Positions 1 to 11,146 of a DNA stretch of 64,000 nt are shown here, piece after piece. The translations under genes were made by a program, and so were the position numbers. This stretch comes from Saprolegnia diclina VS20. Its lineage: Eukaryota. The stretch's first letter is position 1; every line of letters begins with the position of its first letter. The notes below the pieces were generated by a model. That model ran no database searches. It saw only the letters and a program-made list of their open reading frames with translations, and had not been told where the DNA came from. The DNA is taken from assembly GCF_000281045.1 (NCBI RefSeq), contig NW_008246078.1:586823-650822 (forward strand), in the 5' to 3' direction.

Positions 1-231
1 GTGGAGCTGGAAGAGCTCGAGCATCTTGGCGAGCGACCCGTCCTGCGACGTGAAGAGGCCGACGGCCAGCACGAGCTTGACGACGCACTGCGCGAGGACT
101 GCCGTCGCCGAGTGAAACTCGATGTGGCTGCGCTTGGCGTACTCGTTCAGAAGGCCGTAGCTCACCCAGAGGCCAATGTAGACGCAGAAGATACTCTTCT
201 GCGCCAGCGTCTCGAGGCCAAGGAAGGCCAT
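1..231 (-). CDS. Nucleotide-sugar transporter-like (DMT superfamily) membrane protein, 5' part only
   Basis: Manual minus-strand translation from the ATG at 231: MAFLGLETLAQKSIFCVYIGLWVSYGLLNEYAKRSHIEFHSATAVLAQCVVKLVLAVGLF. Two hydrophobic helices and a 'SATAVLAQCVVKL' segment resemble the SLC35A TM2 motif. Runs off the window edge. Confidence 0.6.
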   Translation of the reverse strand, partial: MAFLGLETLAQKSIFCVYIGLWVSYGLLNEYAKRSHIEFHSATAVLAQCVVKLVLAVGLFTSQDGSLAKMLELFQLH

Positions 232-1008
232 CCTGCTTGCAAGGTCCGTCCTGTGGAAATGAGCCGTGTGTCCGGGTTGCCGAGACCACCAGCTGGTTAC
301 AAACTGTGGGATTTTAGCCATCACATACAGTTTATAGCATGTTATGGATAGATTCACGCCCATTAGCTACACGGCGTGACGCAAAACCCGATGAAATTTC
401 AGGGTTGGCGACCAAGGCCCCTCGCTTTCGCAAAGATGCTGTCTCGTTCACAACGACTGGAGCGTCTCTAGCATCAAACCAGCTTATAACTGCCCGTCCG
501 CAGCCGGTCGTTGTCCTCGCCGATGCTGAGATTGTATTTGTTTATCCCATTATGTATCTCAGTTTGCTATCAGTCTATCGATCAGTCTGCAGCACCGACG
601 ACATGTTGCAGAGGCAGCGCACTGGGTGAGCGTCCAGAGCACAATTCATCAAATATGCTTGCAAGGTTTCGTAGAAGAGCGATGGACCACTAGTAGAACT
701 GTGGGTAGTGCAAATTTGACCAGCTCAGAACGAGACGAGTTGTGTATATGTGTCCGTCTTTACCATCGCTTCGCAACATGGATGGACAGTATTGTCTTTG
801 CAAACATTGAGTCAAGTAGTTAGTAAGGTGTGCACTGTGTCGTGTATTGGTGTGGGTAGGTACCGAATGAGGATCGACGCCAGGACGACATGAATAAGAC
901 GTGCAACGACGTCTCGGCTTGGTGTCAACAACTATTGCAACCGATTTGCAGACATCCATATAGCGCTATTATCTCATAGTCTAGTCAGCACAAAAGCTCT
1001 CAACGTCT

Positions 1009-2101
1009 TCAGACGCTCACGTTTGCATCCGACGACGTCATGAGCAGCTTGGAGACATGTTCGTACACGGCAAAGATGAGCGCGCCGTTCGGAAGCACCT
1101 TGATCAAGTTGGGCGTCAAGCCCTTGTAGAGACCCGGAATGCCTTCGTACCTACGCACCATTGCATCAAAACCGAGAGACATGTATGGCTTCCACGGACT
1201 TGATGATGCGCTTGGTGCAGTCCCATGTGCCCGAATACTTGTCGGCGACGGGCCCGCCTTGCTGCAGCCGGGCCTTGATCACTTGGTACGGGTACGTGGC
1301 GGTCGACGCAAACGCTTGCGAGAGTGCGCCGATGGTCAGCGACGCGGGAATCGACTACCAAAGAATACCATATTGTCTCTTCCGGATAAGACAATGCTGT
1401 ACATACCATATCCCGGCTCACATACGACGTGTACTCGGACTTGAGCTTTTCGTACGCGACAAACTAGATGCGCATAGATCAGCAATCCGAAGTCCTTAAG
1501 TCTGTACCTTGAACGCGCCGTGGGACGTCAGAAAGAGCGCCGGCACCGCACCCTTGTACAGGGCGCGGACGCCTTCCTCGGCCACGATGCGGCGGAGGGC
1601 GTCGGCCACATTCGTGTACGGCACGGCCGTGCCCTGCACTTGCATGCGCACCTTGATGAGCCAGATTGGGTTGGTCAGCGGCACGCACAAGACGCCTAAT
1701 AGAGTCTATCAGATCGTATTCCTATCGTATGCAGCGCGGCTACCTGCTTGGATGCCCGAGAGAAAATGGCCGATCGACGGCGGCAGCGACGAGGTGGCGT
1801 ACATGGTCTTGGCGTGCTCGTAAAAGTAAAAGTAGAGACCCCACGACATGGTTGTGCCGTACAAGGCCGGGCTCATGCCTTGGTACATGGCGCGCCAGTG
1901 CCACGACGTGGCGCCGGGGCCTTTGACGAGCGACGTGAACGCATGGAAGAGCGACTTGTACGCGCGCGGCGACTGCTCGTGGACCTGGTACCGGACCTTG
2001 ACGAGGTCCAGTGGGTACAGCACGGCCGTGCTAAAGCCGCCGGCGACAATGCCGGCGACGCAGTGCTGCAGCAGCGTCGGGCGGCGTTCCTTCGAGTTCA
2101 T
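1009..2101 (-). CDS. Mitochondrial carrier, folate/FAD transporter (SLC25A32-like), multi-exon
   Basis: Carrier signature repeats YPLDLVKVRYQ and TNPIWLIKVRMQ, plus WGLYFYFYE and ALYKGAVPALFLTSHGA. Split over several exons with GT-AG introns. Confidence 0.88.
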
Positions 2102-2666
2102 CCTGGTGATGGAAAGGCCAGCTTGCTTGATTGGCGCAAACACAGATCGCGTGGCGATTGGCTAGAAAGCGCATTCGACAACGTTGTTGATTGGTGGATC
2201 TGAAAATGGCAGGTGCTAATTTCACCCACATTGCAGCGCTTGAAGTGGCGGGGCTGTTCGCTTGCTTGAGAGCGTGTACAACGCGAGCAAACGCGCCTCG
2301 AGTGCAGGTGGCTTCTCCTTGACGGTATGTTGCAGGGCTATTAGCATCATTTCCCGTCGATCACGTTGGAGAGGCTGTTGTACAGACGCAAGGGAACTCG
2401 CCCGTAGTGCCTTCTTTCAGATTGCCATGGACGGAAATGTGGGTGTTATTAGACACTCCTGTAGTTTGGGTGTTGACGCAGCAAAGTTCAAGTGCAACAA
2501 ATATCCGCTTCTCGATCAAGACTCTGCTTGCTCTCGCGGCGAATCCAGCATTTGACGATTCGGAGGTTAAGGCGAACGCCCTTCGAACCCTGTCGCGACG
2601 CCTCCTTACGGCAACAATTTGAGCGTAGTCATACAAATTCTATATATTCGCATGGACGCCAATAAC

Positions 2667-3256
2667 TTAAAACATCTCGTCTTCCACACGAAGGTACTCG
2701 CCAATGTCGGCCTGGTGCAAGACAACGTAGCCGGTCGGGTCGAGATCTTTGCACATTTCCGTGGCCTGCGCGGCGATACCAAAGCCGAGCGGCACGTCGT
2801 TCATGCTGTAGACGACGACGCCGGCGTACTGCGGCGTGCCTTCCGTGATGCGGCCGAGGCCCGACTTGACCACGTTGTTGCCGTAGAGGAACGACATTTC
2901 CGAGTTGGGCTTGATCCACACCTTGTACTTGGCGTACTGGGCGAGGTAGTCGAGGAACGTGATGCGGAGGTGGAACTTCTTGGTCTTCGTGAGCTTGCCG
3001 ACCGCCGTGCCGAGCGAGAGGAGCTGGTCCGTGCCAATGTTGGTGGCCTGGCGCATGAGCTTCTCGCTCACATAGTAGACAATGTCGCCGTGGAGGCGAA
3101 AGCAAAACTTTTCGTCCGGGCGGACGACCAAGTGCTGCACGTTGCGGCCAATGCTACAGACTTTAGTTAGCCCTAGCCCATGCATAGACCTCGTGCATAC
3201 TATTTCGAGATCTTCTCGAAGACGGTCTTCATCTCTTCATCGGTCAACGGACGCAT
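2667..3256 (-). CDS. NIP7: 60S ribosome biogenesis protein NIP7 (PUA domain), 2 exons
   Basis: Exon 1 reads [19 protein letters not shown]. Exon 2 contains [24 protein letters not shown]...[10 protein letters not shown], the classic NIP7 sequence. Confidence 0.96.
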
Positions 3257-3320
3257 CGTCGCTTGCTTGTGCTGGTCTAGCAAAGGGTTGTGCTTTGGCC
3301 AAGCCCACCACCGCCGTATT

Positions 3321-3371
3321 CATTGGTCCAAATCGATTGGCCAATCAGCAACGCCGAAGCAATCGATTGGT
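3321..3371. promoter_or_regulatory. Cluster of CCAAT boxes upstream of NIP7
   Basis: Several ATTGG/CCAAT copies within 50 bp (cattgg, gattggccaat, gattgg), about 65-115 bp upstream of the NIP7 start. CCAAT is a known oomycete promoter element. Confidence 0.45.
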
Positions 3372-4423
3372 GCCCGCGGGTGTTTTTTATGTTGGAAATC
3401 AGTTGTGTTTTAAACAATGCAAGTGGGAGCACCAGGACAAGTGCAATAGAAGGAGCAAGGGAATCCCATACGAAAGAGAGACGAGCGAGGACTATAGCGA
3501 TGTTGATTCTAGGATACGATGCTATATATATTGATGCCAAAAGCATGCCGTAGCATGCGTAGTAGTGTGTGAGAGGAGCGAAGCGAGCATTGGTAGAGCA
3601 AGGAAGGGAGGTTGTCGCAGAGCTAATACAAGTGTCCGAGTTCTGCGGCCATGGTATCCCTTGGCAAGCGCAAAGGCTAAGCGCGCGTGCTGCACGTCGT
3701 GAAAAGTGCATACTGCGCGGAAAGAGAGGCTTCCGCACGATGAGTGGGCAAGGACCACAACAATGAGCCAGTACCAAGTCGAATGCCAAACAGAAAAGCT
3801 CGGGCGCCGGTGACGCGCCCGCTGGCAATAGAACACTGCAAGAAGGAAGGCATCGCGACGCGAAACGCAAGTAGTACAAACGTAAGACTCGATGCGTGTT
3901 TCAAAGTACCACCGAGCCAAGGGCGCATCCAGCATTGACACGGGGGTGCAGCATGACGGTACTAGAGCTCCTTCGTATGCGGGTCTATCTCAAAAGCGGC
4001 ACCACGCGCTGCGTCGATCCCGTACTCAAGTACGCTCAACCATCACTGCAAGCACCCGAATTCGCAAACTTAACAGAGTTCCTAGTTGCTCTCTTCGCCA
4101 TCACCCATCCTTGCATCGTCCTCTTTCCTTTGCTTCTCCAGGCCTGATTACATACAAGACTCTACTACCTGCCTCGTCGAGAGTCATAGCAGCTCATGAT
4201 GCGTCGATCGCTCTGTCCTCGACACTCTCCTTGCTGGTGCCGCTGCCACGTACGGGGCTGTTGAAAACACATTTGCATGTGTATAAAACACCCGACCCCC
4301 AAATGGCTGGTGGGGCACTGCGGAGATAATCAGTTGCCAGAGGTTTTTGAAAATATCAAAAGAAAGAGGGAATCGGCCACGGCTGGCTCAGTGTCATTCC
4401 GGAAATCACACACCAGTAACATC

Positions 4424-5088
4424 ATGGAAGGCGCGAGCAAGATTGAATCGGTCCAGGTCTTTGGCCGCAAGAAGAACGCTACGGCGGTCGCCTACTGCAA
4501 GCGCGGCCACGGCCTCATCAAGGTCAACGGCTGCCCCATCGAGCTCGTCGAGCCGGAGATCCTCCGCACCAAGACGTACGAGCCCGTGCTCCTCCTCGGC
4601 CAGCAGCGCTTCGCCAACGTACGTACCTCGCCTTGATCACGTCCTCCAGTGTGCATCGGGGCGCGACGAGATGCCATTGTCTCGGCGCGCCTTGGTAGCT
4701 GTCTTGGTCCACATCTTACTGTGTGCCGCCGCCATCTTTGGCGGCGTGCTGTGTCCAATGATTGCACATCCGCCGATGTCGCACTTGGAATCGAAGATGC
4801 TCGGGATGAACGGGGACTGATCAGCTGTCTGCATATCTTTAGGTCGACATCCGTGTCCGCGTCAAGGGCGGTGGTCACACCTCGCAGATCTACGCCATCC
4901 GCCAGGCGATCGCCAAGGCCATCGTCGCGTACTACCAGAAGTACGTCGATGAAGCCTCGAAGAAGGAAATCAAGGACATCCTCCTCGACTACGACCGCAC
5001 GCTCCTCGTCGCGGATCCCCGCCGCTGCGAAGCCAAGAAGTTCGGCGGTCCCAGCGCCCGCGCTCGCTTCCAGAAGTCGTACCGTTAA
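4424..5088 (+). CDS. RPS16: 40S ribosomal protein S16 (uS9); exons 4424-4618 and 4843-5088
   Basis: [19 protein letters not shown]...[25 protein letters not shown]...[21 protein letters not shown] intron at 4619-4842. Confidence 0.98.
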
Positions 5089-6405
5089 ACGTCTCGCCGA
5101 CGTGTGTCGTCTTGGCTTGGAGGCAGCGCACCGCGTCTTGGCGCTCTGCTTTGCCTTCTAGTTGGGCGATCGTGTAACAACAAACTGGTGTGAACCTCAT
5201 TTATTCCTCGTCTTGCAGCACTCGCATGGCCCACCTTCAGTTAGTCGGTTGTCTTGGCATATACTGAGTGGCAGTAGTGCCCAGAGGGCTGCAGGTGACG
5301 GAGCCCACGTTAGCAGCTTTAGTGCTCTCTTAGAGCTCTCGTAGCCAAATGTCAAATGGCAACACACGAGGAGCAGTGCCGTAGGTGGCCACACGTCTCT
5401 ACCTCCGTGCAGGCTGCCGCTGCTTGGTGGATGATGACCCATGCGATGGGACCTCGTATCTTGCGGATATTCAAGCAAGCGGATCCTGCATCACCAGGCC
5501 AAAGCGACTCGTAGTAGGAGTAGAGTCGGGATCGCAAAACGCTCCATTTTGAATGTGCGATGTGATGCCAGCTCGGGACAAGCAGCCCAAGATAAGATCG
5601 CTGTCGATGCTGTGCTCTCTGGCACGAGGAGCCTCTGCGTGATCTCGCGGCTTCATGGTTGGGTAGCAACCCTATCCCTTGTCCCACCGATCGATTTTGC
5701 TTGATCTCGTCTCGTCGTCCTGCTAAGCAATAATGCAGGCAGGATACAGACATGCGATTTTCTGGTGTACTTGGAATACGTGGTTCACACCAGAGCGACA
5801 GGGCGCAATGGACCTGCGCTAGCATAGGAGAATGAACCATCCAAACTTGTATTTTTTAAGGTTTTGCCAAGATCCGCACCGCCGCCGGGTTGATGTCGCC
5901 TTGGCGCTGCGTTAGGGTCGAGATGTTCGTAGCCTTCGGCCCACGGGCTCTGCAACCCTTTCCGGGCGGCTGTCGCTGAGCGTGTGGAGCTCGAGCAACA
6001 TACCATTTGTAGCGTAGTCGCAATCGCTTCTCCATCTCATGTCACTCTCGTGGAAGGCGTCGTAGCGAGCAAGCCCGTGCAACGATGGCGGCGGCAAGAG
6101 CGCAGCGGTGGACGTGTGGCGTCTTATCGCAGCGTCGCAAGCATTGACGATCGTGTATGGCTGGGAACTGACGCGCCGCCGGGTGGTCTAGCGCAGGCGA
6201 TGGCCTAGGCAGCGCCTACATCTTCATGGCCTGATGGACTTTACTTACTCTACAGACCAAGGCGCAAGCGTCAAGCGCCTCGTCGGAGGCTGCCTCCGTG
6301 GCCTCATGGACGTGGCGGCCTGCATGGTGGCAGCGGAGCTGTCCGGTTTCAAATCGGTTGTTATCCGGATGGCCAAATCCAAATTCCAGCAATTAATCGA
6401 CCGGC

Positions 6406-7878
6406 ATGCGGTCGCGAGCCGCGCCCATGTACGAGCCGGCGGTGCGGACGGGCCATCTCCCGAGCCGGCGCGTCTTCCACGGATCCCGCGACGTCATCCT
6501 GGACCCGACGCGGTCCATCGAGCTCCTCTCGCTCGGCAGCGCTGGTACTGGCGAGATCAACCAAGTCGAGTTCCTCTACCTGCCGTCCGGTGAGATCCTC
6601 GCGCAGACGCCGACCAAGCCATCGTCATCGCCGCCGCCAATGGCCGCATCAACGGCCACATCACATGTGCCCATGCTGCTCGAGTCGGTCGACCGGTATG
6701 ACCAGGCGCGGTCGCCGTCGTCGTCGTATGCGTCGACGCTGCGGCCACAGCAGCTCTCGCCTCGGTCGGCGAGCGCCAAGTCGTACAGCAGCCGAGCCTC
6801 GCATCTCAAGACGCCGTACCAGCAGCGCATTCTCGAGCTTGAGACGCTCCTCGAGCACGAGAAGAAGCGGTCGCTGCAGAAGATGCGCCAACTCCTTGAC
6901 GAGCAGGACAAGACACGCGAGCTCGAGAGCCAGGTCAGCGCGCTACAGAACCGATGCCACGTGCTCGAAGGGGCGCTGGAGCGGCAGGACGCGCACGCGC
7001 GCGAGCTCCAAGAGGCCAACGAGACGTACGGAGCCCGGATGGCGTCGCTTCTCGCAGACCATGGTCGCCAGACGAGCCAGATGGAAGCGCTTCAACACCA
7101 AATCCAAACGCTCGCGGCGACGTCGCAAGCAGCAGCACCCGCGTTAGAGTTGCCCGCCGTCACGGCGCCACCGCCTCCACGACGCCTTACGGACCAAGCG
7201 AGCCAAACCGAGCCCGAGACGCCACCCAACTCGGAGCAACCACCGTCCTCCTCGCATCATCTTGCTCTCCTCGAAGCCATCGGCGCGTGGAAGCAATCAC
7301 TGGACGAGTGGTGCGCGCAGCCGCCCTCCCCGCTCAAGGTCCGCCTCGAGGATTTACTGCAGGACTTTCCGTCACTCTTGCTGCCAGCATCATCGTTGTC
7401 GATAGCACCGGTCCCGTTCGAGGCGTCGGCGGTGTTGAAGCGGCAGCTGCAGCTCATGGAGCGCGAGTGGCGACAGACGCACGCCAAGTACGTCGAGCTC
7501 AAGGAGCTCTGTGCGCGGCAGTGCGTCCGCGAAGCCGACTTGCAAAACTTTGTCAACGAGCACCGACTGCGCGGCAACTGCTCGCTCCAAGCCCCATCCA
7601 CCGCCGCCGCGTCGACGTTTGACGACACGCTCCATGGCGACCAAGGTCGCATGAAGGTCGTCATCACACACAAAGCCGAATCGGCCGTGCACGCCAAGCT
7701 CGACGCACTGCGCGTGAGGAAGGAGCAAGTGACGGTGCTGCCGTCCGCGCGCTTGGCCAAGAAGCACGAACGCATATCGACCCCAAAGGCGCTCAAGAAA
7801 CCAAAGAAACAGCACCGTACCGAGAAGGCGCCGTCGACGGCCGGCCGCACGCCGTTGAGCCGACCGTGGGTTTGCTAA
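6406..7878 (+). CDS. Hypothetical coiled-coil protein (490 aa)
   Basis: Long ORF with host-like codon use. Two E/L/Q-rich heptad stretches and Ser/Pro-rich linkers. Confidence 0.75.
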   Translation: MRSRAAPMYEPAVRTGHLPSRRVFHGSRDVILDPTRSIELLSLGSAGTGEINQVEFLYLPSGEILAQTPTKPSSSPPPMAASTATSHVPMLLESVDRYDQARSPSSSYASTLRPQQLSPRSASAKSYSSRASHLKTPYQQRILELETLLEHEKKRSLQKMRQLLDEQDKTRELESQVSALQNRCHVLEGALERQDAHARELQEANETYGARMASLLADHGRQTSQMEALQHQIQTLAATSQAAAPALELPAVTAPPPPRRLTDQASQTEPETPPNSEQPPSSSHHLALLEAIGAWKQSLDEWCAQPPSPLKVRLEDLLQDFPSLLLPASSLSIAPVPFEASAVLKRQLQLMEREWRQTHAKYVELKELCARQCVREADLQNFVNEHRLRGNCSLQAPSTAAASTFDDTLHGDQGRMKVVITHKAESAVHAKLDALRVRKEQVTVLPSARLAKKHERISTPKALKKPKKQHRTEKAPSTAGRTPLSRPWVC

Positions 7879-9256
7879 TAAGACGGTAGTACGAGGCCTG
7901 TGACGACCCGATTTGTGTGTTGCGTTTTGGCGGACGACGCCATCTTAACCCTCAAAGGTCTACTAAGCGTCGTCGATCAAGCTTCGTACACTTGATTTTG
8001 AAAAATCAAGCAGAAACGCCTCTGCAACACACTGCTGCAACGCGGTGGCTAGCCCCGAGCCGTCGTGCACATGCTAACGTTGGTAGATCATCTATTATAT
8101 ATTCTGGGTTGATATGACCTCACGAGCCTTCTTCCTTTGCTGTCGTGGCGCCACCAGAGAGATTTCAGTAAAAAAGCAACTAACTAGAGTACTAGTATAG
8201 TACAAGTGGTCTAGTCGGTCTCGCCTCGAGGCGTCGTGGCCGACGATTGCAAAAGACACGGTGGCATGCGACGCCTCGTGACCCAAGAGACGGTCCTGTC
8301 TCGCCGATGCCAAGCAAACGGCGGCTTCGCCGGCATTCCACTCGCGGTCTGGATGTGCTCGATGGCGAAAGCAGCCCATCCCTATGGTAATAGCAAGGCA
8401 TAAAGGAAACGTTATGGCCTTGGGAATAGTCTCCAGGGGCTATCAACTGTAAAATAGTAATCAAGTAGTCGACCTTTGGCAGTTGTCGTGCAGGGTTGCG
8501 TGGGCGGCTTTCTAACGTTGCTACCAATCACGCGCAGCGGTCGGGACGCGAAATCGATGGAGACGGCGCGAAATGGGCACGTCCCACGCTGTCTTGGCTA
8601 AGGACAGACACAGGCGTCCATCATTATCAAGAGAATACAAGTACCGCGGATTGATGCACCGTTCGCCATCGCTCATTTATTAGTCATCGCGTAGTAGGAG
8701 AGCGATTCGAAGATGGATACATGCATCTGCGAATCGCAACGGCTTGATGTCTTTTCATGGATAGTTGGCCGGTTCTTTTTCCTCGGCTCATTCGGCCATT
8801 GCTGAAACAAGTCGACGCGAGCGATGGAGCGCTTGGCACTCGTCGCGTTTCAGTGGACTGCAGGGATGACTGTAGTTAGTCGACGCATCGACTCGAGTCG
8901 GATCGGAACGAAAGCCAAAGGTCACGATAAGTTGATGTGAGAAAGTCGACGGTCGTTTTGTGACAAGCAAGCACATGGCGTGGCCGAATGCAATATCCTA
9001 GTTTCAACGTCTTCAATTCGGTTAAGTGCGCTTTGGCTCGCGTGAAATAAGGACAAAACGCCTACTTGCACTTGGCACCACCCAAGAGATGTCGTAGACG
9101 TCCGCTTGCGAGCGCAGCGCACTGTCGCATCAACGCTTGCAAAGACCGGTCGTCGCACCCATGCCGACCAAAAGCTTGAAGCTTCGCGACTCACGAAATA
9201 CACGTTTTTAAACTGACTACTAGTACCTACTTAGACTACAGACGAGCAAAACTGCG

Positions 9257-9628
9257 TTATGTCCACGAAGACATCTTCTCCATATACGACCGCTTGAGCT
9301 CTTCAAGGCTCGACTGCAACTCGTCGTCAATGTCGGCCAGCCGCTTGGCGCCAGCGAGCCGAATCGCATTCATGTGCTCGTGGGCCGCGACAAAATCGGG
9401 GTGCGTGCTCACCTCGTCGCCGGCGTCACGGAGGCGGTGCATGACGCGATCGATGTCGAGCGCGGCAGCCTCCAAGCTTTTCTCGAGCTCGTGGCGCGCA
9501 ACGGCAATGGCCTCGCGGTACGCTTGGTGGGCTTCGCGGATCGAGACGCCGTAGTCGGCCTCTGTTGCCGCAATGTCCTTCTTGTACATGAGTCGCTTGA
9601 TCCCGCGCAGGACGGCGTTCCGTGGCAT
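9257..9628 (-). CDS. Hypothetical helical protein (123 aa)
   Basis: ORF with GC3-rich codon use and amphipathic helical composition. Confidence 0.6.
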   Translation of the reverse strand: MPRNAVLRGIKRLMYKKDIAATEADYGVSIREAHQAYREAIAVARHELEKSLEAAALDIDRVMHRLRDAGDEVSTHPDFVAAHEHMNAIRLAGAKRLADIDDELQSSLEELKRSYMEKMSSWT

Positions 9629-10428
9629 CCTCTTTGTTTGTGCACAGGACGATGCAAATCGCCAACTGATCGCAATCCAAACTGCAAAACTAGGATCGGA
9701 AAAGCGTACTTTATCGGACTTTCGGACTTCGAGGGTGGACGCACACAGTTCTTGGCTTCTGAGTATGACTGTACTTTTGTGAAGACGAGAGATCGCTCAG
9801 ACGAGAGAGCCAATTCCAGTAGGTTGGATCAAGCTGCGAGTGTACATGATGCCAAGAGACAGCGTTTATCGAGTGAACAATAAAGTCTCGTCATCGCCAC
9901 GGCGCTCGTGACGGTTCATTTGACGCCATTTTGAATCAGATGCGCTGCTATTATGCACCAATCTTCAGGATCTGCTTCAGAGTCCGACGTCGAAAAGTGC
10001 GTACTCCAACTCCCTTGACGGTCGCATGGGTGGATTGACGGCGAGGACTTGGTGAAATTACGATTGAGAAAACCACCCACGCACCCCACTGCTCGAGGCC
10101 TCTGAAATCACTCCATGTCACCGAAAGCGAGAGACAAAAATTAGGAACGAAGCTCCTCGACGACTCCATCGGCAGCAGCGACGTCAAGAACGTGGGTGGT
10201 GACAGTCTTCCCTTTCCGAGCAAACGCCCAATCGGTAAAAGCGAGCAAACAAAAGCAAAATGCATACCTTTAACGACAATTGAAGAAAACGTGAGCGCTG
10301 CTCATTCTGCAATTTGCGCTGTAGGGACGTCCTGTCGACGCTGGACGGCGAAACCCGCGTGGCTTGGTTCCTTGCTTCGTCGTGCATTCCTGTGCCACAG
10401 CGCTTTCACCACGTAAGTGCTTCTGACG

Positions 10429-10670
10429 GACGAGGAAGCGGATGAGGGACGCCATTTGCTCGTCAGCGCAAGTGACGAGAAATCGTGCTGCGCTGCCCGA
10501 CAACGTCAGTGAGTGCACCGGCACCTGGTCCAGCGAATGAAGCGATCACGTGGACACTTGACTCGCTGGAGAAGGTGCCGGTGCACTCGCTGACGTTGCC
10601 GGGCAGCGCAGCACGATCGCTCGTCACTTGCGCTGACGAGCAAATGGCGTCCCTCATCCGCTTCCTCGTC
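10429..10670. repeat. Long near-perfect inverted repeat (fold-back hairpin)
   Basis: Arm 10429-10526 is the reverse complement of 10573-10670 with about 4 mismatches. The stem continues with tccagcga/tcgctgga (10529-10536 / 10563-10570) around a 26-nt loop. Confidence 0.93.
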
Positions 10671-11146
10671 GAAGATCGATTCTGGCTTTGAGCTCGGCGC
10701 TCGTCGAAATCTCAGCCACAGGCGTATCCGGATCTGCCAGAGAAAAGCCGACGCTCCTGCTATTGGTCCATTCCAGCATCGACTCTTCAAATCTTTGTTG
10801 CAGCGACCGCTGCCCGTGGCTTCCAACACCCCTGGGGGAAGCGCGTGGTATTCCCGCGCTGCGCCAGTGACCGGACTAAGGCTCGGGGAAAACGACAACA
10901 GCTTTACCCCTCCCGATGTAAAAAATTATGAAGCTATAATAACCATTGCTGCTGCAAGAGTGCCCAGCACCAACCACGGTTATATTTGAACCAACGACGT
11001 CTGCGAGGATGTTGGTGTCAGTGTCCCAGCCTCCAGGTCAGCACACAACGGGCGATGAGATGAACCGAGACCTCCATCGGTGGCAGCTTCATCGCACGCA
11101 AGTGGAGACTGTACGATCTGGCAATGCGCATGGTAAACGTGTTGTG

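Noticed and set aside
2206..2622. Possible spliced plus-strand gene between the carrier and NIP7
   Set aside because: Could not build a consistent stop-free exon chain.
2619..3170. Many long antisense or alternative-frame ORFs overlapping real genes (also at 6576, 12192, 22488, 25223, 27380, 36696)
   Set aside because: Shadow ORFs caused by high GC3 codon bias; the opposite frame holds the recognisable protein.
5350..6230. Short ORFs in the RPS16 downstream spacer
   Set aside because: No motifs, weak codon bias and frequent stops.
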